Shown here: piece by piece, positions 18,377-27,665 of the stretch
How the letters are laid out: each line of letters opens with the position of its first letter
How positions within the stretch are numbered: position 1 is the stretch's first letter
From: a virus
Length of the DNA: 36,559 nt
Strand: one strand, 5' to 3'
IMG/VR virus record: IMGVR_UViG_3300045988_045243
Location: 1 to 36,559 of that record
Notes under the pieces: generated by a model
Told to the model about the DNA's origin: nothing
The model's database searches: none
What the model saw: only the letters and a program-made list of their open reading frames with translations
Translations under genes and position numbers: made by a program

Positions 18377-18490
18377 ATGCTAAAAACAGAAGATGGGGGC
18401 TTCATTTTAGATGATAGTGGGATGTGTCCGTATAGTATAAATGAAAAACCCGAAAAAGAAAAAGAGAATAAAGAGGAAAAAGATAATTAA
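18377..18490 (+). CDS. Small hypothetical protein (37 aa)
   Basis: ATG follows AAAGGGGAAAA. Hand translation: MLKTEDGGFILDDSGMCPYSINEKPEKEKENKEEKDN. Confidence 0.4.
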   Translation: MLKTEDGGFILDDSGMCPYSINEKPEKEKENKEEKDN

Positions 18491-18526
18491 TACCACCCAT
18501 TCTTAACAGAGTGAGTGGTATTTTTG
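18490..18526 (+). terminator. Rho-independent terminator
   Basis: TACCAC...GTGGTA stem followed by TTTTTG. Confidence 0.65.
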
Positions 18527-18611
18527 TATCAAATTTTAGGAAAGGAGGATTGTCATGGAACTTTTTGAACAGGATGTAGGAAAGGTATGGTGATCCAATT
18601 ATCTCCCGTTG

Positions 18612-18639
18612 AGACGCAGGGTGAAGCGTCTTATTTTTA
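18612..18639 (+). terminator. Second rho-independent terminator, downstream of a 12-codon mini-ORF
   Basis: AGACGC-agggtgaa-GCGTCT followed by TATTTTTA. Confidence 0.55.
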
Positions 18640-18756
18640 TGCCCTGCCATATGGCTATAAACTGGGCAACTACCCGGCCTGAGGTCTAGCAGGCTATATC
18701 CCTTACCGCTGAAAGAGCGGTCAATAAAATATTTCAGGAAGAAAGGAAAAGTAACT

Positions 18757-19320
18757 ATGAAAAATATTTATGAGATTCTTAAAGACTTTGGATTGGAGAT
18801 TCCGGCGGAGAAAAAAACAGATTTTGAAAAGGCGTGGAAAGAAAACTATCGTACCAAATCAGAGTATGATAACGCGGTTACAAAGAGAGATGAGTATAAA
18901 AGTTCTCTCGATACGGTAAGTGAGCAGCTGAAAGCGTTTGATGGTGTTGATGTGGCTGATCTGAACGGACAGATCAAGAAGCTTCAAGACGATTTGAAGG
19001 CTAAAGATGATGAATACGCTGCCAAAGAAGCAGATCGTATCTTTTCCGACACACTCAAGGAAGCCATCAAGACCGCCGGAGGGCGTAACGAAAAGGCAGT
19101 AATGGCTATGCTGGATATGGACACATTGAAAGCATCAAAAAACCAGTCTGAGGACATTAAGAAAGCATTGGAAACCGTAAAGGAGTCTGATGCTTATTTA
19201 TTTGGAACTGATGAACCATTTTCTAATCCGGTAGGAGCTACAGGCGGAACAGGTGGCAGCGGAGGAGATAATCTCTCTGCGATCAGAGCAGCAATGGGCT
19301 TGCCGGCAAAGAAAGACTAA
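18757..19320 (+). CDS. Scaffolding protein (phage GP20-like)
   Basis: Helical, charged, 187 aa, immediately upstream of the capsid gene. The N-terminus IYEILKDFGLEIPAEKK is typical of GP20 scaffold proteins. Confidence 0.75.
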   Translation: MKNIYEILKDFGLEIPAEKKTDFEKAWKENYRTKSEYDNAVTKRDEYKSSLDTVSEQLKAFDGVDVADLNGQIKKLQDDLKAKDDEYAAKEADRIFSDTLKEAIKTAGGRNEKAVMAMLDMDTLKASKNQSEDIKKALETVKESDAYLFGTDEPFSNPVGATGGTGGSGGDNLSAIRAAMGLPAKKD

Positions 19321-19344
19321 AAGAAAGAATGAGGTAATTTAATT

Positions 19345-20202
19345 ATGGCAAACACTATCGCATTAAGAAAAGCGTATTCTACGATGCTAGATGAAGTTTA
19401 TAAGCTGGCATCTCTTACAGCCGTTTTGGACGGACCAAACGACCTTGTGAAAGAGGGCGCAAACGCAAATGAAATTTTGATTCCTAAACTGTCTATGCAG
19501 GGACTCGCTAACTACAACAAGCAGACAGGCTATGTTGCTGGTGATGTAACGCTTGAGTACGAAACAAAGAAATGTACTTATGATCGTGGACGTATGTTCA
19601 CCGTAGACGCAATGGATAACATTGAGTCCGCAGGTGTGGCGTTCGGAAGACTGTCCGGAGAGTTCCTGCGAACACAAGTTGTTCCTGAGCTTGACGCTTG
19701 GAGGCTTGCATCTTATGCAGGATACGCACCAGCAACGCAGAAAGTTGCGGATGCTATTGCAGATGCAAAAGCAGGTATTGCAGCAATCAGAAAAGGAAAG
19801 ACGGCGATCGAAAACGCAGAAGCGAAGCCAGAGACATGCTATCTGTTTATTTCCAATCAGTTGAAGGGAGATATTGAGGACCTCGATACCACAGCATCTA
19901 AGAAAGTGCTTGACGGATGGGCTGGTGTTATTCCAGTACCAGAGGGACGTTTCTATGACAAGATTACTCTTACCGCTTCCGGTGCTGGTGGGTATGCAAC
20001 AAGCGGCGGAAAGAAGATTAACTTTTTGATCGTTGATAAAAATGCAGTCATCCAGAATCAGAAGCATACTGTATCTAAGATCATTACACCGGATCAGAAC
20101 CAAGATGCAGATGCTTGGAAGTTTGGCTACAGAACAGTTGGAATCGCAGAGGCTAAGGATAATAAGAAAGTTGCTATCTACGCTCACACTGCGGCAGAAT
20201 AG
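19345..20202 (+). CDS. Major capsid protein
   Basis: Position after the scaffold gene, 285 aa, strong RBS GAGGTAA. Confidence 0.75.
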   Translation: MANTIALRKAYSTMLDEVYKLASLTAVLDGPNDLVKEGANANEILIPKLSMQGLANYNKQTGYVAGDVTLEYETKKCTYDRGRMFTVDAMDNIESAGVAFGRLSGEFLRTQVVPELDAWRLASYAGYAPATQKVADAIADAKAGIAAIRKGKTAIENAEAKPETCYLFISNQLKGDIEDLDTTASKKVLDGWAGVIPVPEGRFYDKITLTASGAGGYATSGGKKINFLIVDKNAVIQNQKHTVSKIITPDQNQDADAWKFGYRTVGIAEAKDNKKVAIYAHTAAE

Positions 20203-20214
20203 GAGTGATGCTTT

Positions 20215-20565
20215 GTGCTAAAGTATAGTTATTATATAGGAACATACGGTGGTACAGATATATCTGAGAACGAGTGGAACAGAGTATCTCAAAAAGCTGA
20301 ACAGCGGCTGAACAGTTATACGTTTGGTCGCTTATCTAGCCCGTGGAATGACTCTGAGTGGAGCGAACGAATTAGTTGTGCAATATGCGAAATGTCAGAA
20401 CTGATTTACGCAGCTGAGAAAAGTGCCGGAAAGGTGTCTGAAAATAATGATGGATATTCGGTGTCCTACACAGATAAGAGCTTGTTGGAACCGAGTCTGT
20501 ACAATATTGCGTGCGTGTATCTTGGCGACACAGGACTTTTATATGCGGGGGTGGAAGAATGCTGA
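20215..20565 (+). CDS. Head-tail connector / DNA-packaging adaptor protein
   Basis: GTG start 7 nt after AGGAGTG. Size and position are typical. Confidence 0.55.
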   Translation: MLKYSYYIGTYGGTDISENEWNRVSQKAEQRLNSYTFGRLSSPWNDSEWSERISCAICEMSELIYAAEKSAGKVSENNDGYSVSYTDKSLLEPSLYNIACVYLGDTGLLYAGVEEC

Positions 20566-20963
20566 CCAATGCAGACATTACGATTTACAACCGTAAGTTT
20601 GACAAGAAAACCGGCTTTGATCTATGGAACCGAACTGTGATCCGAGACGTGCACGTTTACGTTGACCATAAAGTATCCGTTGGAGATACCGGCTTAAATA
20701 GCGCAGACGTTTACAAGATTCGTATTCCTGATAATGTAGGGAATGCGGATCTTTATCTTCCGCCGGAAGAATATGCAGCACTTGAAAATCCGTCTGGTCA
20801 TTGGACAATACAGAACGATGACCATATCGTACTCGGTGTGTGTGACCTTAAAATTGAACGCCCAGCAGAATTGCAGGCGATAAGATTGTTGCACTGTAAG
20901 GTGACAAGCTGGTCGGATAACCGGTTCGGAGGTTTACCGCACTGGCGTATCGGAGGTGAGTAG
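20559..20963 (+). CDS. Head-closure / head-tail joining protein
   Basis: ATG at 20559 follows GGGGGTGGAAG. Assigned by position. Confidence 0.5.
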   Translation: MLTNADITIYNRKFDKKTGFDLWNRTVIRDVHVYVDHKVSVGDTGLNSADVYKIRIPDNVGNADLYLPPEEYAALENPSGHWTIQNDDHIVLGVCDLKIERPAELQAIRLLHCKVTSWSDNRFGGLPHWRIGGE

Positions 20964-21347
20964 ATGGCGCAGAAGCGTACAATCAAGATAACATCTCCTC
21001 GTGGCAGTGTTGTTACGCGTCAGACAAAAAACGGGAGTGTTAGTGCAGAAATTGTATGGAACTCCGGCTTTGCAAGAAAAAAGGGACAAGCATTTGAAAG
21101 TGCACAGGAATTTGTTGATTCTGAGTGCATCAGGTGCATGGAGCCACTTACACCGCGAAGAACAGGCATGATGATTAAGTCAGCAAAACTTGGAACTGTG
21201 ATTGGAAGTGGAAACATTGAATACCTAGCCCCTTATGCGCGGAGGCAATACTACGAGCACAAAGAAAAAGCACATTGGTTTGAAACGATGAAAGCGAGCA
21301 AGAAAGACGTGATACTGAAAGGGGCTGAGCAGATTGCAGGCAGGTAA
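20964..21347 (+). CDS. Minor capsid / tail-completion protein (HK97 gp10-like position)
   Basis: Assigned by position and size. Contains the motif YLAPYARRQYYE. Confidence 0.5.
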   Translation: MAQKRTIKITSPRGSVVTRQTKNGSVSAEIVWNSGFARKKGQAFESAQEFVDSECIRCMEPLTPRRTGMMIKSAKLGTVIGSGNIEYLAPYARRQYYEHKEKAHWFETMKASKKDVILKGAEQIAGR

Positions 21348-21753
21348 GACACCGATTATTGAAAGCGTGCGAAACTACATTATGGCGTGCGACTTTCTAA
21401 AAGATGGAAGAGTGAATATTGATTATCTCCCAGACAAGATGGCATATTCCATCGACACGATCGGATGTGATCCGGTTTACAAAAAATACGTTGATGGTAC
21501 ATGCTTAAAGCAATTCCAGTTTGCACTCACGAGTAAGGAGGCTTATGACGGAGATGCAAGAACTGGTATTGCGAATAGCGGATTCTATCAGTATTTCGAG
21601 GAGTGGATTGAAAGTAACAACTTAAATGATATCTACCCTGCGCTAGAGGGGCACGATGCGATAAGAGTGGACGTGTTGCAGAGCGGCTATCTGTTCTCTA
21701 CGGAAGTCGATCTAGGTAGGTATCAGATTATTTGCAGATTGATTTATAAATAG
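21334..21753 (+). CDS. Tail-completion / minor capsid protein
   Basis: TTG start at 21334; a later ATG is possible. Assigned by position. Confidence 0.45.
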   Translation: MQAGKTPIIESVRNYIMACDFLKDGRVNIDYLPDKMAYSIDTIGCDPVYKKYVDGTCLKQFQFALTSKEAYDGDARTGIANSGFYQYFEEWIESNNLNDIYPALEGHDAIRVDVLQSGYLFSTEVDLGRYQIICRLIYK

Positions 21754-21759
21754 GAGGCT

Positions 21760-22278
21760 ATGAATATGGCAGTTGAAAAGAAAGAGCTTGTCGGCAGACA
21801 TAAGCGTTTGGCGTTTATGGATGTCGAAGGAACAGGAACGACATTTACTAGAATGACAGGATTTACATCTATGTCTGAGGGTAAAGAAGCAAAAGAGTAC
21901 AGCCGTCAGTATGTGGACGAGGCTACGGAACGCAATGATGTAGTGGGATATGCTACTTCTGTTGAGTATGAGTTTGACCGTTACACAAATGACAAGGTGT
22001 GCGAGAAGATTTGCACCATTACAGACGACGAGCTGACCGGTACAGATGCACAGGTGGATATCGTCACGGTGGACGTGTTTACTGCGAACGAGAAGAAGCA
22101 GGCAATTGCAAGAAAGCGCACATACAGTGTTATTCCAGATACATCCGGTGATGGAACAGATGCGCTGATCTACAGCGGAAGCTTTTCAGCAGCGTCTGAG
22201 ATTACGAAAGGATATGTAACTTTGGATGACAAAATGGAAACATGCACTTTTACAGAAGGAGCAATTCCATCAGAGTAG
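21760..22278 (+). CDS. Major tail protein
   Basis: Position upstream of the chaperones and tape measure. The ATG at 21766 has better spacing from TAGGAGG than the one at 21760. Confidence 0.65.
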   Translation: MNMAVEKKELVGRHKRLAFMDVEGTGTTFTRMTGFTSMSEGKEAKEYSRQYVDEATERNDVVGYATSVEYEFDRYTNDKVCEKICTITDDELTGTDAQVDIVTVDVFTANEKKQAIARKRTYSVIPDTSGDGTDALIYSGSFSAASEITKGYVTLDDKMETCTFTEGAIPSE

Positions 22279-22298
22279 AAAGATAGGAGAGTGAGCCG

Positions 22299-22691
22299 AT
22301 GAGCCAGTGGAAATTTGGAAATTTTGAAACAGAGATTGATTTTACGGACGTGGATTTTCTTGATCGGATTGACGAGGGAAAACAGTTAATGCAGGAAGCT
22401 GAGCAGAATGTATTAAATGTTGGAAAGAACTCGGATATTATCCGGTCACATTGTGAGGTATTCTATACTTTCTTTGATCATGTTTTCGGACGTGACGCAA
22501 GAGAAGCTATGTTTGAAGGAAAGACAAGTCTTATGCTATGTGTGAAAGCAAGCGAGTCTCTGAGTGCATTTGAACATCAAGAGGCGGACAGAATTGGCAG
22601 CACGTACAAAAAGTACGAGGTACAGAATCACGGGAACAGACAGCAGAGAAGAGCGTACAATAAACAGAACCGGAAGAAGGGACATAAGTAA
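22299..22691 (+). CDS. Tail assembly chaperone (gpG-like position)
   Basis: Assigned by position. Acidic N-terminus and basic C-terminus. Confidence 0.55.
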   Translation: MSQWKFGNFETEIDFTDVDFLDRIDEGKQLMQEAEQNVLNVGKNSDIIRSHCEVFYTFFDHVFGRDAREAMFEGKTSLMLCVKASESLSAFEHQEADRIGSTYKKYEVQNHGNRQQRRAYNKQNRKKGHK

Positions 22692-23254
22692 TGCATATCC
22701 TCTACAGAGAGTTTCCAGAAAGCGTGAGAGTGTCCGGCAGGAGTTACGCCATTGAAACTGACTTTCGTGAATGGATAAGATTTCTTGAACTCGCAGAAGA
22801 CGAGGAAGTCCCGTGGCAGATTAAATGCCAATTAATTTTGCAGTGGTTCACAAGCGAAGTCCCCGAAGACATAGAACAAGCTATCTATGCGCTTGGGGAC
22901 TTTTGTTCTGGCTATTTAGATGCGGACGATCAGGAAGAGAGACGCGGACGAACCAAACAGGTTTATTCGTTCGAGCAGGATGCAGACTGTATATATACAG
23001 CGTTCCGAGAGATGTATGGTATTAATCTGCAAACAGTCCCATATATGCACTGGTGGGAGTTCCAGACATTACTTTTAGGGCTTCCGGAGAAAACTGAGAT
23101 AAAACAGCGCATGATATATCGGTCGATTGACCTTCGGGACATAAAAGATAAAAATGAGCGTAAGCGTATACAGAAGATACAGAAATCTATTGCTCTAAAG
23201 AAAAAGAAGAGGGCAAGAAAGATGGACCCATATGAGATAGGAGCGATGTTCTGA
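22691..23254 (+). CDS. Phage Gp15-family protein (second tail chaperone position)
   Basis: Position before the tape measure. N-terminal ILYREFPESVRVSGRSYAIETDFREWIRF resembles Gp15 family members. Confidence 0.55.
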   Translation: MHILYREFPESVRVSGRSYAIETDFREWIRFLELAEDEEVPWQIKCQLILQWFTSEVPEDIEQAIYALGDFCSGYLDADDQEERRGRTKQVYSFEQDADCIYTAFREMYGINLQTVPYMHWWEFQTLLLGLPEKTEIKQRMIYRSIDLRDIKDKNERKRIQKIQKSIALKKKKRARKMDPYEIGAMF

Positions 23255-23409
23255 TGATGAAAAAAAATATCCGGATACCCACAGAACGAAAGTGGTATGT
23301 CTGCCCGTACTGCGGGAAGAATCTTGTAGTATATAACGATATAGCAGTTTGTAAAGGTGTATATATCCGGTGCAAAGAGTGCCGGAAAGAAGTTGAGATA
23401 AAGATATAA
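23254..23409 (+). CDS. Cysteine-rich KTR-like zinc-ribbon protein (51 aa), absent from the ORF track
   Basis: Hand translation: MMKKNIRIPTERKWYVCPYCGKNLVVYNDIAVCKGVYIRCKECRKEVEIKI. Two CxxC pairs. The ATG overlaps the upstream TGA. Confidence 0.5.
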   Translation: MMKKNIRIPTERKWYVCPYCGKNLVVYNDIAVCKGVYIRCKECRKEVEIKI

Positions 23410-23467
23410 GTATGATGCACATGTGAGCCGATGAGCCGTGCTATTTTCGAAAGGATGTGAAGATAGT

Positions 23468-25900
23468 ATGGCTGATGGCTATTTGAATTTTGATACAAAA
23501 ATAAATGAGGCTGGTTTTAATAAGGGTATATCGAAGCTGAGTAATATTGCTCAAACCGGTCTCGGTGTTGTAGTCGGTAATATCGCAACATCTGCTATGC
23601 AAAAAATCGGACAGCTTGGTTCCGAGTTGGTTGCCGGTCTTAATGAATCATCCGCAGCATGGAAGACGTTCCAGGCTAATATGCAGATGAACGGGAAAAC
23701 TGCAGATGAAATCTCCAAAATAAAAGGAGAGTTGAAAGACTTTGCAGAACAAACGATCTACAGCGCATCGAATATGGCGAGTACATACTCCCAGCTTGAA
23801 GCGGTGGGAACCAAGAATACAACCGCTCTTGTCAAGGGATTTGGCGGTTTGGCAGCAGCTGCTTCAGATCCAACGCAGGCAATGAAGACGTTGAGCCAGC
23901 AAGCAACACAGATGGCAGCTAAGCCAAAAGTGGCGTGGGAAGACTTTCGATTTATGCTCGAACAGACTCCAGCTGGTATGGCTGCGGTTGCAAAGCAGTT
24001 GGGAATGTCTGCAACGGAAATGGTTGCGAGAGTAAAAGATGGGGAGCTTGCTACAGAGGACTTTTTTGATGCAATTGCAAAAGTCGGAACAAACGATGCA
24101 TTCACAAAGTTAACTACAGAATATAAGACCGTAGGGCAAGCTACAGACGGTCTGATTGAGACTCTGACTGGACAGTTACAGCCGGCGTTTGACACATTGT
24201 CACAGGTCGGAATTAATGCAATTAGTGGCATCACAGACAAAATAAGTGCTGGATCTCCAATTATTGAGAAATTGACCACAACTGTGAATACGCTTGTTGA
24301 TAAGCTGAACTCCATGTCTACGGAAGAGCTTGTGAACCTTGCCAAGATGGGAGGCTTGCTAGTAACAGCAGTACCGGCATTGGCAGGAATCGGCAAGGGA
24401 ATGGAAGTTGCAAGTACAGCATCAGGAGCGTTCACTAGTGCACTTAGCGGTATAGGAAATGGTGTAAAGAGCATTCCTGGAAAATTTGATTCTGCAAAGA
24501 AATCAATCGGAGGACTTGGAAAAAGTTTTGGAACATTAGGAAGCACGATCACTGGTCCATTTGATGTTATGATGCCGAAAGTAACTGGAAGTGTCCGAAA
24601 GATTGGAAGTACCGTTGCATCTCTTCCGGGTAAAATAGTCAGTCCAATAGGGAAGATAGGGAAAGCAGTTGCCGGGAAATTTCCAGGAATTACAAGTGCG
24701 TTTTCTGATTTTACTGGCTATTTAGGTGCGTGGGGTGGAAATGTAGGCTCCGCTCTTTCTGGTGTGCTTGGAAATGTCGGAAAGTTTATGCCGGGATTTG
24801 CCAAGCTTATGAACTTCGGTCTTGTTGCTGGTGTTCTTGTAGCTGGGCTTGGATTGCTCAATACGCAGTTTGGAGAGCAGATCAATACCATCTTAACGAC
24901 TATGCAGCTTAAAGGGCCAGAGGTGATTACCAATTTCTGTAATGGTATTGTAACAGCGTTGCCTAATTTGATTGCGCAAGGCGGTCAGATTCTTAACAAC
25001 TTGATGCTCGCGATTACAGCGAATCTGCCAGCAATTATCCAGGGCGGCATAGCCATCATATCGTCTTTGATTTCCGGAATTGCACAGCAGTTGCCGACCT
25101 TAATTCCAACAGCTGTTAATATGATTTTAACCTTGGCAACTTCATTGCTTAGTAATATTGATCAGATTATAGATGCCGGAATTGATTTGCTCGTGGGATT
25201 AGCACAGGGGCTTGTGAATGCGCTCCCTCAACTGATCAACAAAGCTCCTACGATTATTGGTCAGTTAGCTTCTGCCATTATTCGTAATCTTCCTAAAATT
25301 TTGCAGGCAGGTATTAAAATCCTTGGAATGTTGGCGACAGGTTTAATCCAAGCGGTACCTCAGCTGATTAGTAAGATTCCATCGATTATTTCGCAGATCA
25401 AAAACGCATTTACATCTATTGACTGGGGGACTGTTGGCTCTAATATCATTAAGGGGATTGCCAGTGGTTTGAAAAGTGCTGGCGGTGCGATCGTGGAGGC
25501 GGCAAAAAACGCGGCGAAGAGTGCGTTAAATGCAGCTAAAGATTTCTTGGGTATTCACTCGCCATCAAGGGTGTTCCGCGACCAAGTAGGTAAGATGATG
25601 GCGCTCGGTATGGGCATAGGCTTTGATAAAAATGTGCCGATAAAGAGTATGAATGCAAGCTTAAAAACAGCTTTAGGAAGCCTAAAAGAAAATGCAGGAA
25701 CTGTATTAAGCGGTGGAAGCTTAAACAGAGGTGGCGTTGGTCGAATGAAAGCGTTGAGTGATGCGACAGATGGCATTGACTATGACCGTCTGGAGAGAAT
25801 ACAAATGAAAGCAGCGGACAAGATGGCGAAGAGACCGATCTATCTCGATAAGAATAGAATAGACAAGCCGTTACCGAAAGGAGCAGTGCCAGTATGGTAA
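23468..25900 (+). CDS. Tape measure protein
   Basis: 810 aa, Ala/Gly/Ile-rich helical repeats with a TM-like central region. ATG at 23468. Confidence 0.85.
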   Translation: MADGYLNFDTKINEAGFNKGISKLSNIAQTGLGVVVGNIATSAMQKIGQLGSELVAGLNESSAAWKTFQANMQMNGKTADEISKIKGELKDFAEQTIYSASNMASTYSQLEAVGTKNTTALVKGFGGLAAAASDPTQAMKTLSQQATQMAAKPKVAWEDFRFMLEQTPAGMAAVAKQLGMSATEMVARVKDGELATEDFFDAIAKVGTNDAFTKLTTEYKTVGQATDGLIETLTGQLQPAFDTLSQVGINAISGITDKISAGSPIIEKLTTTVNTLVDKLNSMSTEELVNLAKMGGLLVTAVPALAGIGKGMEVASTASGAFTSALSGIGNGVKSIPGKFDSAKKSIGGLGKSFGTLGSTITGPFDVMMPKVTGSVRKIGSTVASLPGKIVSPIGKIGKAVAGKFPGITSAFSDFTGYLGAWGGNVGSALSGVLGNVGKFMPGFAKLMNFGLVAGVLVAGLGLLNTQFGEQINTILTTMQLKGPEVITNFCNGIVTALPNLIAQGGQILNNLMLAITANLPAIIQGGIAIISSLISGIAQQLPTLIPTAVNMILTLATSLLSNIDQIIDAGIDLLVGLAQGLVNALPQLINKAPTIIGQLASAIIRNLPKILQAGIKILGMLATGLIQAVPQLISKIPSIISQIKNAFTSIDWGTVGSNIIKGIASGLKSAGGAIVEAAKNAAKSALNAAKDFLGIHSPSRVFRDQVGKMMALGMGIGFDKNVPIKSMNASLKTALGSLKENAGTVLSGGSLNRGGVGRMKALSDATDGIDYDRLERIQMKAADKMAKRPIYLDKNRIDKPLPKGAVPVW

Positions 25901-26679
25901 GAGCGTATTATAAAAACAGTAAAGGAGAGGTGCTTTGGCTGACCAAGGCGCCTTTTAAAACTGTAGAGTCAGACTGGTTTGATTCCAGTTGGGAAGATTC
26001 TACAGAGGGATACGAGAAAACAGTATCTATAGATGTCTTTGGAAAACGAGAAGAATTTACGTCCAATATGGAAAAATTATACAGGGTGATATCTTACGAT
26101 TCTGAGATGGGTGCTCTTGGCCGACTGTACGTGAACGATACGTTTCTTCCGTGCCAGATCATCCGTACATCCAAAAGTGGATGGAAGGGGTATGTGTACA
26201 GTGAGGTAGAATTAACGTTTTGGGCGCCGGAACTCTCATGGATCACAGAAGTTAAAAAGAGCTTCTATCCACAGACTATTGCGAAAGCGGCAGACGGTTT
26301 GGATTTCCCGCTTGATTTTCCTTTTGATTTCGCAAACGAGAAAAGGGGATCAGAAGTATTCGAGGTTGATCATATCATTTCTTCTGATTTTGAAATGACA
26401 ATATATGGTCCATGTGTGAACCCAAGAGTGCTAATAAACGGATATCCTTATGAGGTTTTAACTACATTAGAAGCTGGGGAATATCTTGTGATAAATAGTG
26501 CGGAGCAGACAGTTGTAAAACACTTAAATAATGGTCTTATATCGAATCTATTTGATGTAAGAGGTTATGAATACTCTATTTTTAATAAGATTCCATCTGG
26601 CATGATTCGAATGAATTGGACTGGTGACTATGGTATTGATTTAGTTCTGTATTTAAAGAGGAGGGAAGCAGCATGGTAA
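25894..26679 (+). CDS. Distal tail protein (Dit, siphovirus tail family)
   Basis: Immediately after, and overlapping, the tape measure gene. 261 aa. Confidence 0.65.
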   Translation: MVRAYYKNSKGEVLWLTKAPFKTVESDWFDSSWEDSTEGYEKTVSIDVFGKREEFTSNMEKLYRVISYDSEMGALGRLYVNDTFLPCQIIRTSKSGWKGYVYSEVELTFWAPELSWITEVKKSFYPQTIAKAADGLDFPLDFPFDFANEKRGSEVFEVDHIISSDFEMTIYGPCVNPRVLINGYPYEVLTTLEAGEYLVINSAEQTVVKHLNNGLISNLFDVRGYEYSIFNKIPSGMIRMNWTGDYGIDLVLYLKRREAAW

Positions 26680-27665
26680 TACTTGCAACGAGAGATCGAG
26701 AAATTGGCGCAAGACCGCTAAGGGATGCCAACTGCAGTTTTGATGCGAATAACAACAAGACTTTTTCCGTGCAGATTGCAAGAGCATACTGGACAGAGGA
26801 CATGACCTTTGGAAATCTCGTATATGTTCCAAATACCGAGTTTGGTGGAATTATCGGAAATGTATTGACAAGTACTGCTCTTGATTATGTAGAGCTAAAA
26901 GGCTATACATGGCGTGGGCAGATGGATAAGAAAATCATACAGCCTCCGAACGGACAGGACTATAAACGAGTATCCGGTGAACTAAATACAGTGCTGAAGG
27001 CGCTGGTCGAGCCGGAGTTCGATGGTTTGTATGTTGTCCCAACAATAGATACCGGGGTATCGGTTTCCAATTATCAATTTGACAGATATTGCACCTTGTT
27101 AGATGGCCTTACAAAGATGCTTTCCAGTAAAGGATATCGGTTAGACATCCGGCACCGGAGAGAGCATGGGACGACCGGCTATATATCGGTCTGTGCAGTC
27201 CCAATTCAGGATTACTCGAAAGAGATTGAATTGTCTAAGGACTCTGGGCTAACTTATACGATGGACGATAAAAGGAACGGAGTCAATCACTTAATCGTTG
27301 CTGGTAAAGGCGAGTTGCAGGACAGAAACGTGCTACATCTATATGTACATCCGGATGGCAGCATTAAAAAGACACAGTATTACAAAGGACTCGATGAGAT
27401 TGCAGAAGTCTATGAAAATACGTCCACAGAGACAGCCCAGCTAGAGAGCCAGTCAAAAGATAAGCTCTTAGAACTTTGCAGCAAAAAGACATTTGGAATG
27501 GATATAGATAGACTCGGGCTGGAAGTATCTATAGGAGATATCGTCGGAGGGCGAGACTACCTTACTGGAATGTATATGGCGAAGCCAATAGAGAACATTA
27601 TTTATGAAGTTACTAACAGAATGGAATCGAAGATCTACGAGCTGGAAGGAGAGAATGAAGAATGA
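26673..27665 (+). CDS. Tail-associated baseplate protein (Gp37-like / Tal position)
   Basis: Assigned by position after Dit. 330 aa. Confidence 0.5.
   Translation: MVILATRDREIGARPLRDANCSFDANNNKTFSVQIARAYWTEDMTFGNLVYVPNTEFGGIIGNVLTSTALDYVELKGYTWRGQMDKKIIQPPNGQDYKRVSGELNTVLKALVEPEFDGLYVVPTIDTGVSVSNYQFDRYCTLLDGLTKMLSSKGYRLDIRHRREHGTTGYISVCAVPIQDYSKEIELSKDSGLTYTMDDKRNGVNHLIVAGKGELQDRNVLHLYVHPDGSIKKTQYYKGLDEIAEVYENTSTETAQLESQSKDKLLELCSKKTFGMDIDRLGLEVSIGDIVGGRDYLTGMYMAKPIENIIYEVTNRMESKIYELEGENEE

Noticed and set aside
19387-20187. 266-aa minus-strand ORF antisense to the major capsid gene. Similar long antisense ORFs lie at 23758..24552 and 16176..16730.
   Set aside because: These are shadow ORFs opposite well-supported structural genes. 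They have Cys/Ser/Leu-rich low-complexity composition and no RBS, and they would break an otherwise co-directional operon.
22299-23254. Programmed -1 frameshift between the two tail chaperone genes
   Set aside because: The second gene has its own ATG overlapping the first gene's stop (TAATG) and resembles a stand-alone Gp15-type protein. I found no convincing slippery heptamer near the end of 22299..22691.
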